NCBI GenBank assembly: GCA_949299165.1
Contig: CASFZJ010000002.1
Coordinates: 4,924-68,923, forward strand
DNA length: 64,000 bases
Source of the DNA: an uncultured bacterium
GTDB taxonomy: Bacteria > Bacillota_I > Bacilli_A > RFN20 > CAG-826
Direction: 5' to 3'
The translations under genes and the position numbers were made by a program. Under the pieces are notes generated by a model. The model had not been told where the DNA came from. It worked only from the letters and a program-made list of their open reading frames with translations, and made no database searches. Position 1 is the first letter of the stretch. Each line of letters opens with the position of its first letter. This document shows positions 1-9,471 of this stretch, piece after piece.

Positions 1-470
1 TTGAGTGTGTCTTTTTCACCATTTGGTAAATCGACATTAATTGTGTCGAGTTTGCCAGAATTGCTTCCATCATAACTTGCAAGAAAACTAGAGACATTTC
101 CTAAATAATTCGGCATTAATTCTCTATCAATTGCATCATGAAAAGAAGTTACTAAACCTTCGCGTGCCAAACGCTGAATCATATAATCACTACAACAAAT
201 TAAATCATAAGTTTGTTTACCAGTTTTTAAAGTGTTGTACATGGTTTCGTTGGTATCGTAAGTTTCATAAACTACTTTTACTCTTTTGCCATCTCTTTCA
301 TAGATCATATCTTCAAAAGAAGTTAAGAGTTCTTCATCGATATAATCTTCAGCATTTAATGCATAAATATAATAATCGTAGTCTCCTCCGCTTGAACAAG
401 ATGTCAAAATTGGAGAAAGAATTCCTAAAAAAGATGCGCAAACTAAAGCTTTTTTCATTAATTTAGACAT
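1..470 (-). CDS. potD: Spermidine/putrescine ABC transporter substrate-binding lipoprotein (partial, runs off left edge)
   Basis: Not in ORF track; translated by hand from ATG at 470: MSKLMKKALVCASFLGILSPILTSCSS...YALNAEDYIDEELL...YETYDTNETMY...YDLICCSDYMIQRL. Lipobox and PotD motifs; follows potC. Confidence 0.9.
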   Translation of the reverse strand, partial: MSKLMKKALVCASFLGILSPILTSCSSGGDYDYYIYALNAEDYIDEELLTSFEDMIYERDGKRVKVVYETYDTNETMYNTLKTGKQTYDLICCSDYMIQRLAREGLVTSFHDAIDRELMPNYLGNVSSFLASYDGSNSGKLDTINVDLPNGEKDTL

Positions 471-472
471 TT

Positions 473-1333
473 TTAATCCATCCTTTCTCTCATTCTTTTT
501 CTTAAAGCACTCTTGTAACGTGTGCCTTTATTACGGTAAATTGAAATACCAATAACAACAAGTAACACTATTATAAAGATAATAGTTGTCAAGGCCCTCA
601 TTTCAGGTGGAATTGGACCTTTTTTAATTTTAGCTTGAACAAGAGTTGAAATCGTTTCGATGTTGTTTGCTCCACTTAAAAGCCCAGAACCTCTTGTAAA
701 AGCAGTAACAATAAAATCATCAAGTGATAAAGTTATTGCAAGCATAAAGCCACTAAAAATTCCTGGGAGAATTTCAGGGAAAACAACTTTATAAAGTGCT
801 TGACGAGGCGCACAACCTAAGTCAAGTGCAGCTTCATATAAAGAAGGATCCATTTGTTGAAGTTTAGGTTTAACATTTAAATAAACAAATGGGGCACTAA
901 TTACGATGTGACCTGCAAGAAGTGTCCAAAATGAGAATAAATTTTGTCCACCAAAAATCATGTTGCCAATAAACACAAACATGACTACAAGAGAAAGCGC
1001 CATAACAATTTCAGCATTTACTACTGGAATTTGGTTGATGTTTTCAAGTGCGGCTCTACTTTTCTTTTTTAAATAGTGACCACCGACTGCACCAAGTGTG
1101 CCTAAAATAGTTGAACACACAGCACTAATTACAGCAATAATTAAAGTATTGCCAATTGCAACCATAATTTCTTCACTTTCGAATAAAGAAACATATAAAT
1201 CGAAAGAGAAGCCATTCCATGTTCCAATGTAAGTTGCGTTTGTAAAAGAGAATAAAATGAGGACTAAAATTGGAACATACATTAAGAGTAAAATTAAATA
1301 AACATAGCTATAAGCTAAAACTTTTTTTACCAT
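473..1333 (-). CDS. potC: Polyamine ABC transporter permease
   Basis: EAA motif (LYEAALDLG), SLDDF motif, multiple TM segments, operon order. Confidence 0.92.
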   Translation of the reverse strand: MVKKVLAYSYVYLILLLMYVPILVLILFSFTNATYIGTWNGFSFDLYVSLFESEEIMVAIGNTLIIAVISAVCSTILGTLGAVGGHYLKKKSRAALENINQIPVVNAEIVMALSLVVMFVFIGNMIFGGQNLFSFWTLLAGHIVISAPFVYLNVKPKLQQMDPSLYEAALDLGCAPRQALYKVVFPEILPGIFSGFMLAITLSLDDFIVTAFTRGSGLLSGANNIETISTLVQAKIKKGPIPPEMRALTTIIFIIVLLVVIGISIYRNKGTRYKSALRKRMRERMD

Positions 1334-2124
1334 CTTGTTTCCTCCTTTCCTTCATCTTTTTCTGTAAAATTACGCGTGATTAGCATGGAAATTCCAATAA
1401 TTATAAGCATAATTACCGCCATAAATGATGATGAATTCCATTGGTTATTAGCAAATCCCAAATAAATTGAGTTACCAAATAAGACAATTTTTCCTTCAGA
1501 TAAAGTTTCAGGGATGACATAGCTTGACATCGTTGGCATGAAAACCATTTGTGCTGCTGCTACGACTCCCGGAATTGATTGAGGAATGATTGATTTTGTA
1601 AAAACTTGAACGCGATTACACCCAAGATCAATTGCAGCTTCAATTTGTGATTTATCAAGTTTAAGCATTGTTGTATACAAAGGAAGGATTACAAATGGAA
1701 GATAGTTATAAACTAGTCCAATCATCGTTGCAACATAAGGACTTGTGCCTCCATTTATACCAAGCCAAGTTAAAACATCACGAGTTGCGCCGGTTCTTAA
1801 AACAAAGTTAATCCACATTGGCATAACGAATAAAAGCACAATTACATAATTAGAATTTAATTTTTTATTCGATAAAATGTAAGCAATTGGATAACCAATT
1901 ATTAAACAAATAATGGTGTTTAGCGTGGAAAATAATAAAGATTGCACTAAAACATTAATTTTATTAGTGGTTGTAAAAAACTCAACAACTGAATCAAAAG
2001 AAAAATTTCCTGTGCCATCTGTAAAGGCATAATAAACAATAAAGAAAATAGGAATAATGACAAATAAAATTAAGAAAAGAAAATAAGGAATACAGAGATA
2101 TTTTCTTTGAAATCTAAATCTCAT
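1327..2124 (-). CDS. potB: Polyamine ABC transporter permease
   Basis: PMWINFVLR, YNYLPFVILPLY, EAAIDLG motifs. Confidence 0.92.
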   Translation of the reverse strand: MRFRFQRKYLCIPYFLFLILFVIIPIFFIVYYAFTDGTGNFSFDSVVEFFTTTNKINVLVQSLLFSTLNTIICLIIGYPIAYILSNKKLNSNYVIVLLFVMPMWINFVLRTGATRDVLTWLGINGGTSPYVATMIGLVYNYLPFVILPLYTTMLKLDKSQIEAAIDLGCNRVQVFTKSIIPQSIPGVVAAAQMVFMPTMSSYVIPETLSEGKIVLFGNSIYLGFANNQWNSSSFMAVIMLIIIGISMLITRNFTEKDEGKEETRW

Positions 2125-3787
2125 AGGCGTTTACCTCTTTTTTAAGACGTAACTTGATATCTTCTTTCTTAACTTGAAGTCCTACTTTATCGTTTAAGTT
2201 ATATGTATATGGAGAAACGAAGACAAAATCTTCTTCATTTTCAGTTCTCACGATGTAACGATAATGATCACCAACATAAATTGAGTCAACAATTTCACCA
2301 ACTACTTCACAATCTTCACTTTCAATATCGTCAATAACATCGATTTTATCGAGTGGGATTTCGGCAACTACATCAGCATCATTGAAGTTATATTTATGTT
2401 TGCCATCTTTTGAGACAACATTTCCTTCTTCATCTAAATGACCACCACTTACAAGTTGCTCAACATTACATGCAAATGGTCTATCATCAATCATAACTTC
2501 ATTATTTTTGTTAATCCAAGCATCGGTATAAACATTAGTTGCAAAATCTTTTTTCATGATGTGGATTCCATCTGGATCAATTGAAAGATAAGCAAGAGAA
2601 TTTACTTCGTAACTTGATGTGCTTTTTACCATTAATTCGTTTTTACCAATCATGATGGTGTATTGATAGTTCATACCTTTAAAGATTTTGTTAACGATTG
2701 TGCCTTTAATCATTGCTTTTTCTTCTTTGACAAAGTGAACGTCTTCTGGACGTACAACAACGTCAACTTTTTCATTTAATGGGTAATCATCGAGGCAAAC
2801 AAAGTTATAATCAAGGAATCTTACTTTCTTTGTTCCAATCATTGTTCCATTATAAATATTAGATTCACCAATAAAATCAGCGACAAAAGCATTTTTTGGT
2901 TCGTCATAAATCATTTTTGGTGTGCCAATTTGTTGAATAACACCATCTTTCATAACAACGATTGTGTCACTCATTGTTAAAGCTTCTTCTTGATCATGAG
3001 TAACATAAATGAATGTGATTCCAAGTTTTTGATGCATCTCTTTTAACTCAAGTTGCATATCTTTTCTCATTTTTAAATCGAGCGCACCTAAAGGCTCATC
3101 TAAAAGAAGAATTTCTGGCTCATTAACAATAGCACGAGCAATCGCAACTCTTTGTTGTTGTCCACCACTTAAAGTTGAAATATCTCTATCTTCTAGAGCT
3201 TCAAGATCAACAATTTTTAAAGCTTTAGCAACTTTTTGATCAATTTCTTTATTAGAAAGTTTTACATACGAATAACTTTGAGTTGGAGTTGTTTTAAGTT
3301 TGTTGATTTTTTCTTCTAAATCTTCAAGTTTAGCTTTTTTGACTTCTTCTTCAAGATGTCTATTTCTCTTTATTAAAGAATATTCTCTTTTAAGTTCTCT
3401 AATTTTTTTGTGGTCCACTTTTAAAACTGGATTACCATCTTTGTCTTTTTTAAGAACAGGAATACGTTTTAAACGTAAACCGAAAGCGATGTTATCATAA
3501 ACATCTAAATGAGGAAAAAGAGCATATCTTTGAAATACCATATTAATAGGTCTTTTATTAGGAGGTAAATTTGAAATATCTTTACCATTTAATAAAATTT
3601 CACCTTTTGATGGAAATTCAAATCCAGCAATCATTCTAAGCGTAGTGGATTTACCACATCCAGAAGGACCTAAAAAAGTAATAAATTCTCCCTTCCTTAC
3701 ATAAAGGTTAAAATTGTCTACAGCTATAGTATCATCATCGAAGATTTTACTAACATTTTTTAGATCAATAATATAGTTGTTTTTCAT
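2114..3787 (-). CDS. potA: Polyamine ABC transporter ATP-binding protein with internal insertion and C-terminal extension
   Basis: GPSGCGKST, LSGGQQQR, LLLDEP, VTHDQEEA; start set at ATG 3787 after a GGGGG RBS. Confidence 0.93.
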   Translation of the reverse strand: MKNNYIIDLKNVSKIFDDDTIAVDNFNLYVRKGEFITFLGPSGCGKSTTLRMIAGFEFPSKGEILLNGKDISNLPPNKRPINMVFQRYALFPHLDVYDNIAFGLRLKRIPVLKKDKDGNPVLKVDHKKIRELKREYSLIKRNRHLEEEVKKAKLEDLEEKINKLKTTPTQSYSYVKLSNKEIDQKVAKALKIVDLEALEDRDISTLSGGQQQRVAIARAIVNEPEILLLDEPLGALDLKMRKDMQLELKEMHQKLGITFIYVTHDQEEALTMSDTIVVMKDGVIQQIGTPKMIYDEPKNAFVADFIGESNIYNGTMIGTKKVRFLDYNFVCLDDYPLNEKVDVVVRPEDVHFVKEEKAMIKGTIVNKIFKGMNYQYTIMIGKNELMVKSTSSYEVNSLAYLSIDPDGIHIMKKDFATNVYTDAWINKNNEVMIDDRPFACNVEQLVSGGHLDEEGNVVSKDGKHKYNFNDADVVAEIPLDKIDVIDDIESEDCEVVGEIVDSIYVGDHYRYIVRTENEEDFVFVSPYTYNLNDKVGLQVKKEDIKLRLKKEVNAYEI

Positions 3788-3923
3788 AATCAAACCCCCA
3801 TTTATTGAAAGTAAAGTTCTTTCAATGCTTTTAAACGATAAAAATATATTCTTTAATTTTAAAAAATACAATAAAAATTTTTCAGATATTGATATTTTGT
3901 GAAAACTTTATTTACGAAACAAT

Positions 3924-3953
3924 AAAAAAATGCGAATTTAATCGCATTTTTTC
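3924..3953 (-). terminator. Probable intrinsic terminator after glyA
   Basis: aaaaaaatgcga-atttaa-tcgcatttttt hairpin with T-tracts. Confidence 0.6.
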
Positions 3954-4012
3954 TTTAATTTAAAATTGTAATTTTTTTGCTAAATTTCCGTGAAAACTTT
4001 TTACTTTTTTGA

Positions 4013-5230
4013 CTAAATTTCGTCAATTTGTTTCCACGATTTTGTTAAAGTTTTCACGCGAGAAATTGCATCTTCTTTTTTGATATTATTTTTTAAATAT
4101 CCATCAATAATTCTAGCAATTTCAATGGCATCTTCTTTAATTGCGCCTCGCGTTGTAACAGCTGCAAATCCAATTCTTACTCCACTTGTTACACTTGGTT
4201 TTTCATCATCATTTGGAAGCATATTTTTATTAAGTGTAATTCCAATTTCTTCAAGTTTTTCTTGAGCATCTTTTCCAGTTACACCAAAACTCTTTTTTGT
4301 ATTTAAAAGGAATAAATGATTTTCTGTGCCACTATTTATATCACCAAGTCTAGTAAGTTCATCAGAGCAAGCTTTAGTATTAATTTTGACTTGTTTAATA
4401 TATTCTTTATATTCAGGTTGAAGAGCTTCGTAGAAACATTCAGCTTTTGCACCAATTATATTTTCTAGTGGCCCTCCTTGAAGTGCTGGGAAACAAGCTT
4501 TATTAACTTTCTTAATAATTTCTTCGTTATTTGTTAAAACAATTCCGCCTCTTGGTCCTCTTAAAGTTTTGTGGGTGGTTGAAGTAACAATATCAGCATA
4601 TTTTAACGGATTATCAAGTTCACCTGCTGCAATAAGACCTGCAATGTGAGCCATATCAACCATAAAATAGGCGCCAACTTCTTTAGCTACATCTTTTATC
4701 TTTTGATAATCTATTTCAAAAGGGTAGGCGCTAAATCCAGCAAGAATTAAATTCGGGCGATATTCAAGAGCTTTTTCTCTTAAAGCTTCATAATCAATTC
4801 TTCCATTTTTATTTAAGTGATAAAAATCAACATTATAGTAACGAGAAGAAAAACTGACTTTTGAACCATGAGATAAATGTCCACCTTCATCAAGAGATAA
4901 AGAAAGAATTTTGTCTCCAGTATTTAAAAGAGCATAATAGGCAATCATATTAGCTTGTGTGCCTGAATGAGGTTGAACACAAGCATATTTTGCGCCAAAT
5001 AATTTAGTTACAAGTTCAATTGCGCGATTTTCAATTTCATCAATATGAACGCATCCGCCATAATATCTTTTCCCAGGAAATCCTTCAGCATATTTATTAG
5101 TTAAAATCGAACCACAAAGAGCACGAACATTTTTACTAGCAAAATTTTCACTTGCAATTAGTTCAATTCCTCCATTTTGTCTTTTTGTTTCACTTTCTAA
5201 ATAAGAAAATAATAATTCATCTCTATTCAA
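4013..5230 (-). CDS. glyA: Serine hydroxymethyltransferase
   Basis: LIASENF, KYAEGFPGKRYYGGC, TTHKTLRGPRGG; TTG start at 5230 is well spaced from a GGAGG RBS. Confidence 0.97.
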   Translation of the reverse strand: MNRDELLFSYLESETKRQNGGIELIASENFASKNVRALCGSILTNKYAEGFPGKRYYGGCVHIDEIENRAIELVTKLFGAKYACVQPHSGTQANMIAYYALLNTGDKILSLSLDEGGHLSHGSKVSFSSRYYNVDFYHLNKNGRIDYEALREKALEYRPNLILAGFSAYPFEIDYQKIKDVAKEVGAYFMVDMAHIAGLIAAGELDNPLKYADIVTSTTHKTLRGPRGGIVLTNNEEIIKKVNKACFPALQGGPLENIIGAKAECFYEALQPEYKEYIKQVKINTKACSDELTRLGDINSGTENHLFLLNTKKSFGVTGKDAQEKLEEIGITLNKNMLPNDDEKPSVTSGVRIGFAAVTTRGAIKEDAIEIARIIDGYLKNNIKKEDAISRVKTLTKSWKQIDEI

Positions 5231-5242
5231 TATTATCACCTC

Positions 5243-6523
5243 CTAGAAAATATCTTCTTTAATAATTGTTTCATTATGATCTGGACCTACAGAAATTAAG
5301 CAAGCATGTGCATCAATTTCTTTTTCAATAAATTTAACATAATTTTGAGCATTTATTGGTAAATCCTCAAATTTTCTAACTTTAGAAATATCTTCTTTCC
5401 AACCAGGTAAAGTTACATAAACTGGTTTGCATCTATAAGTTTCTTTTAAACTTGCTGGAACATAATCAATAATTTTTCCATCAAGTTCATAGCTTGTACA
5501 AACTTTAATTTCATCAATTCCAGATAAAATATCTAAAAGCATTAAAGCAAAATAATCAAATCCATTAACATTACGAGAATAGCGAAGTTGATTTAAATCA
5601 AGGTAGCCAATTCTTCTTGGACGATGAGTAACAACGCCATATTCATGAGCTTTTTCACGAATATTATCAGCTAAATCGTTAAATAATTCAGTGACAAATG
5701 GACCTTCACCAACTCTTGTTGTATAAGCTTTTACAATTCCTACTACGCCTTCAATATAGCCAATTCCAATTCCACTTCCAGTGATTGCGCCTCCTGCTGA
5801 AGAATTAGAACTTGAAACATAAGGATAAGTTCCAAAATCAATGTCGAGCATTGTGCCTTGAGCACCTTCAAATAAGATTTTTTTACTAGCTTTTTTAGCT
5901 TTTGCAAGAATAGAAACCGTTTCTTTTACATAAGGTTTGAAAAATTCTGAAAGTTTTTCATACTCTTTCAATGATTTTTCAAGATCAATAGGTGTTCCAC
6001 CATATCGAGCGATTTCTTCATTTTTTTCTTTTAAATGTTCAGCATAAATTTTTGGAAAATCTTCATCGATAAAATCAGCAAAACGGATTCCATCACGTGA
6101 AATTTTATCAGTATAGCAAGGCCCAATACCTTTTTTAGTTGTGCCTATCTTTTTATCTTTTAAATGTGCTTCTTTTAAACCATCAAGTTCAAGATGATAA
6201 TTTAAATCAACATTTGCTCTTGAAGAAATTACCATGTTATTTAATTTAAAACCAGCATCAAGTAATGTTTTCATTTCAGAATAAAGGCTAATTGGATTAA
6301 TAACCATGCCATTCCCAAGTATATTTAAAGTTTTTTCATTAAAAATTCCACTTGGAATTGTTTGAAGATGGAATTCTTGACCATCAAATTTTACTGTGTG
6401 GCCGGCATTATTTCCGCCTTGATAACGAACAACAATATCAGCTTTTGCAGAATAGTAATTTGTTACTTTTCCTTTTCCTTCATCTCCCCATTGACTTCCA
6501 ACAACAACAATTGATCTCATCAT
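5243..6523 (-). CDS. purA: Adenylosuccinate synthetase
   Basis: QWGDEGKGK, QGGNNAGHT, FEGAQG, TTRVGEGPF. Confidence 0.98.
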   Translation of the reverse strand: MMRSIVVVGSQWGDEGKGKVTNYYSAKADIVVRYQGGNNAGHTVKFDGQEFHLQTIPSGIFNEKTLNILGNGMVINPISLYSEMKTLLDAGFKLNNMVISSRANVDLNYHLELDGLKEAHLKDKKIGTTKKGIGPCYTDKISRDGIRFADFIDEDFPKIYAEHLKEKNEEIARYGGTPIDLEKSLKEYEKLSEFFKPYVKETVSILAKAKKASKKILFEGAQGTMLDIDFGTYPYVSSSNSSAGGAITGSGIGIGYIEGVVGIVKAYTTRVGEGPFVTELFNDLADNIREKAHEYGVVTHRPRRIGYLDLNQLRYSRNVNGFDYFALMLLDILSGIDEIKVCTSYELDGKIIDYVPASLKETYRCKPVYVTLPGWKEDISKVRKFEDLPINAQNYVKFIEKEIDAHACLISVGPDHNETIIKEDIF

Positions 6524-7818
6524 TTAACACCTACCTTCTTATATATTTTATCAACGTTTTTGAATACATATTGATAAGAAAAGAGTTCATCAAGCTCTTC
6601 TTTTGTAACTAGTTTCATAAAATAAGAATCTTTTAAAATTAAGTCTTTTAATTGAGTTTTAGTTTCCATCGCTTTAAACGCTAAAAGCTGGATTTTATCG
6701 TATATTTCTTCTCTACTAACTTCATTTTTTTCAATGATATAATTCATTACGCGTCCTGAAAAAATTACACCAAAAGTTGAAAAAATATCTTCTTTCATTT
6801 TCTCTTCGTGAACAACGAGATTTTTTAAAATATTATTAAGTCTATTTGCTGTATAAATTATTAAAGATATATCATCTGGCAAATAAATTCTTTCATTTGA
6901 TGAATGAGAAATGTCTCTTTCGTGCCATAAAATATTGTTATCTAAAGCTATAGAAATTGATGATTTTACAATACGAGATAATCCACAGATATTTTCGCAA
7001 CCAATTGGATTTCTTTTATGTGGCATTGCACTACTTCCTTTTTGATTTTTTGAAAAATATTCATTAACTTCATTTACTTCAGTTCTAGATAAATGTCTGA
7101 TTTCTGTGGCGATTTTTTCAAAAAGAGAAGCAATCAAAGCAAGCGAAGCAACATATCCAGCAAGTCGATCGCGGCTTAAAACTTGGGTTGAAATTGCTGG
7201 TCGATTGAGTGATAAATCTTGAGCGACAAGCTCTTCGACTTCATATGGTAAATTTGAAAAATTTCCGACTGTGCCGCTAATTTTTGCAACTTCAACAAAA
7301 CTTCTTTCGAAATTAAATCGATCAATATCTCGGTTTAACTCATCAAGAAAAAGCGCCCATTTTAAGCCAAAGGAAGTAACTTCACCATGAATTCCATGAG
7401 TTCTTCCAATAATTGGAGTATATTTATACTTTTTAGCAAGGTCATTTAATGTATTTTTAAGTTCACTTAAACGTTTAAGTATAATTTCATTTGCTTCTTT
7501 TAAGTTTAAGCTTAAAGCGGTATCAACTACATCAGTTGAAGTTAAATTATAGTGAATCCACTTTTTTTCTTCACCAAGTTCAAGAGAGAGTGAACGAGTA
7601 AATGCAATTACATCGTGTTTGGTTTCCTTTTCAAGTTCATTAATTTTATCAAGGTCAACTTTAGCGTATTTTAAAATTTTTAAGTAATCTTCTTCAGGAA
7701 CAATGCCTAATTTAACGTAAGCTTTTAAAACACTAAGTTCAACTTTCAGAAAAGTTTCATAACGATTTTCTAGAGAAAAAATATTTTCTATTTCTTTAAT
7801 TGCATATCGTTCAATCAT
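6520..7818 (-). CDS. purB: Adenylosuccinate lyase
   Basis: TKHDV, GRTHG, GSSAMPHKRNP; its TGA stop overlaps the purA ATG. Confidence 0.98.
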   Translation of the reverse strand: MIERYAIKEIENIFSLENRYETFLKVELSVLKAYVKLGIVPEEDYLKILKYAKVDLDKINELEKETKHDVIAFTRSLSLELGEEKKWIHYNLTSTDVVDTALSLNLKEANEIILKRLSELKNTLNDLAKKYKYTPIIGRTHGIHGEVTSFGLKWALFLDELNRDIDRFNFERSFVEVAKISGTVGNFSNLPYEVEELVAQDLSLNRPAISTQVLSRDRLAGYVASLALIASLFEKIATEIRHLSRTEVNEVNEYFSKNQKGSSAMPHKRNPIGCENICGLSRIVKSSISIALDNNILWHERDISHSSNERIYLPDDISLIIYTANRLNNILKNLVVHEEKMKEDIFSTFGVIFSGRVMNYIIEKNEVSREEIYDKIQLLAFKAMETKTQLKDLILKDSYFMKLVTKEELDELFSYQYVFKNVDKIYKKVGVK

Positions 7819-7821
7819 ATT

Positions 7822-9462
7822 TTACATTAACTCCTTTGCCTCGCATCCGAGTAAATTTAAAACAGTTTTTAGAACAATTCCACAAGATTTAATCAATGCT
7901 AGTCTTTCTTTTGTTAACTCTTCGCTATTTTCATCAATAACTTTTACATTGTTATAATATGAATGGAATAATTGCGCTAGTTTATAGGCGTAATTACATA
8001 AAATGTTAACTTCTTTAACTTTAGCAATATCGATTAAGACATTTTTAAGTTCACCTAAATGTTTAATAAGTTCGATTTCTTTTGAATCAACAAGTAATGG
8101 ATAACTTTCTTTAACTTCGTAATCATTTCTTTTTCTTAAAATCGAAGCCATTCTAGCATAGGCATATTGGATGTAATAAACTGGATTTTCGTTTGATTGA
8201 TTACGTGCTAGATTTAAATCAAAGTCGAGGTGAGAAATAATTGGTTTTGATATAAAGAAATAACGTGCCACATCAACACCAACATCTTCACATAGTTCAC
8301 GAATTGTTACGGCATTACCGGTTCTTTTTGACATCTTTACTTCTTCACCATTTTCCATAAGTCTAACAATTTGAATCATTTTGACTTCAAGATTATCAGG
8401 ATTATAGCCCATGATTTTGATGCCAGCTTTTAATCTTGCAATATATCCATAGTGGTCTGCGCCTAAAATATCAACAAGTTTAGTGTAGCCTCTATCAAAT
8501 TTATCTTTGTGATATGCAATATCTGGTGTGAAATAGGTATAAGTTCCATCACTTTTTATTAAAACACGATCTTTATCATCTTTAAATGCAGTAGTTTCGA
8601 GCCAAGTTGCACCATCTTTTTCATAACAATAAGGACTATTTTTAATAACTTCGAGTGCTTTTTTAACTTTTCCTTCTTTATATAAACTTCTTTCGCTTTG
8701 ATAGTGATCGAAATGAACGCGATATAAATCTAAATCTTTTTTAATCTTATCTAGTTCAAGTTTAATTCCGATATCTTTAAAATATTCTTTTCTATTTTCT
8801 GAATCATCATTTACCCATTTATCTTTATCATCTTTGGCAATTTGTTTAGCAAGTTTAATGACATCTTTTCCTTGATAGCCAATTTTATCTAAATCAAAAG
8901 GTAGTCCAAGAGCTTCTTTATATCTTTCATAAAGCGAATTTCCTAAAACTTCAATTTGATTTCCTGCATCGTTTACATAATATTCACGCAAAACATCATA
9001 TCCAACGAAAGATAAAATTCGTGTGAGTGTATCTCCATATGCTGCCCCACGAGCGTGCCCAAGATGAAGATCTCCAGTTGGATTTGCGCTAACATATTCG
9101 ACCATAATCTTCTCATTTTTTCCAAAGTCTGAAGAACCAAATTTATCGCTTTCTGTTAAAATAGTGTGCAAAAGTCCAGTTAAATTTTCTTTTTTAACAT
9201 AAAAATTTAAGAAACCTGGGCCGGCAATTTCAACTTTTTCAACAAAGTTTCCTTCTTCAAGGAGAGGCAATAAAGTTTTAGCAATTTCAATAGGTGCTTT
9301 ATGTAAAACTTTAGCAAGACGCATTGCTACGCTACTTGCATAATCGCCATGACTTTTATCTTTTGGAATTTCAACAACAATTTCATTTGTTGCGTCATGG
9401 TTAAATGCTTTCTCAATTGAATCTTTAAGTAAATTTTTAATTTCTACATTTAAGTCTTTCAT
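7822..9462 (-). CDS. argS: Arginine--tRNA ligase
   Basis: SANPTGDLHLGHARGA (HIGH-type motif), KMSKRTG. Confidence 0.98.
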   Translation of the reverse strand: MKDLNVEIKNLLKDSIEKAFNHDATNEIVVEIPKDKSHGDYASSVAMRLAKVLHKAPIEIAKTLLPLLEEGNFVEKVEIAGPGFLNFYVKKENLTGLLHTILTESDKFGSSDFGKNEKIMVEYVSANPTGDLHLGHARGAAYGDTLTRILSFVGYDVLREYYVNDAGNQIEVLGNSLYERYKEALGLPFDLDKIGYQGKDVIKLAKQIAKDDKDKWVNDDSENRKEYFKDIGIKLELDKIKKDLDLYRVHFDHYQSERSLYKEGKVKKALEVIKNSPYCYEKDGATWLETTAFKDDKDRVLIKSDGTYTYFTPDIAYHKDKFDRGYTKLVDILGADHYGYIARLKAGIKIMGYNPDNLEVKMIQIVRLMENGEEVKMSKRTGNAVTIRELCEDVGVDVARYFFISKPIISHLDFDLNLARNQSNENPVYYIQYAYARMASILRKRNDYEVKESYPLLVDSKEIELIKHLGELKNVLIDIAKVKEVNILCNYAYKLAQLFHSYYNNVKVIDENSEELTKERLALIKSCGIVLKTVLNLLGCEAKELM

Positions 9463-9471
9463 AAAACCCTC

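Noticed and set aside
131..466. Plus-strand 111-aa ORF and other short antisense ORFs in the track (e.g. 3300, 4080, 16727, 32963, 59181)
   Set aside because: Shadows of well-supported genes on the opposite strand or in another frame.
6520..6523. TGA-to-Trp (genetic code 4)
   Set aside because: purB ends at TGA overlapping the purA ATG; conserved genes are full length with TGA as stop.
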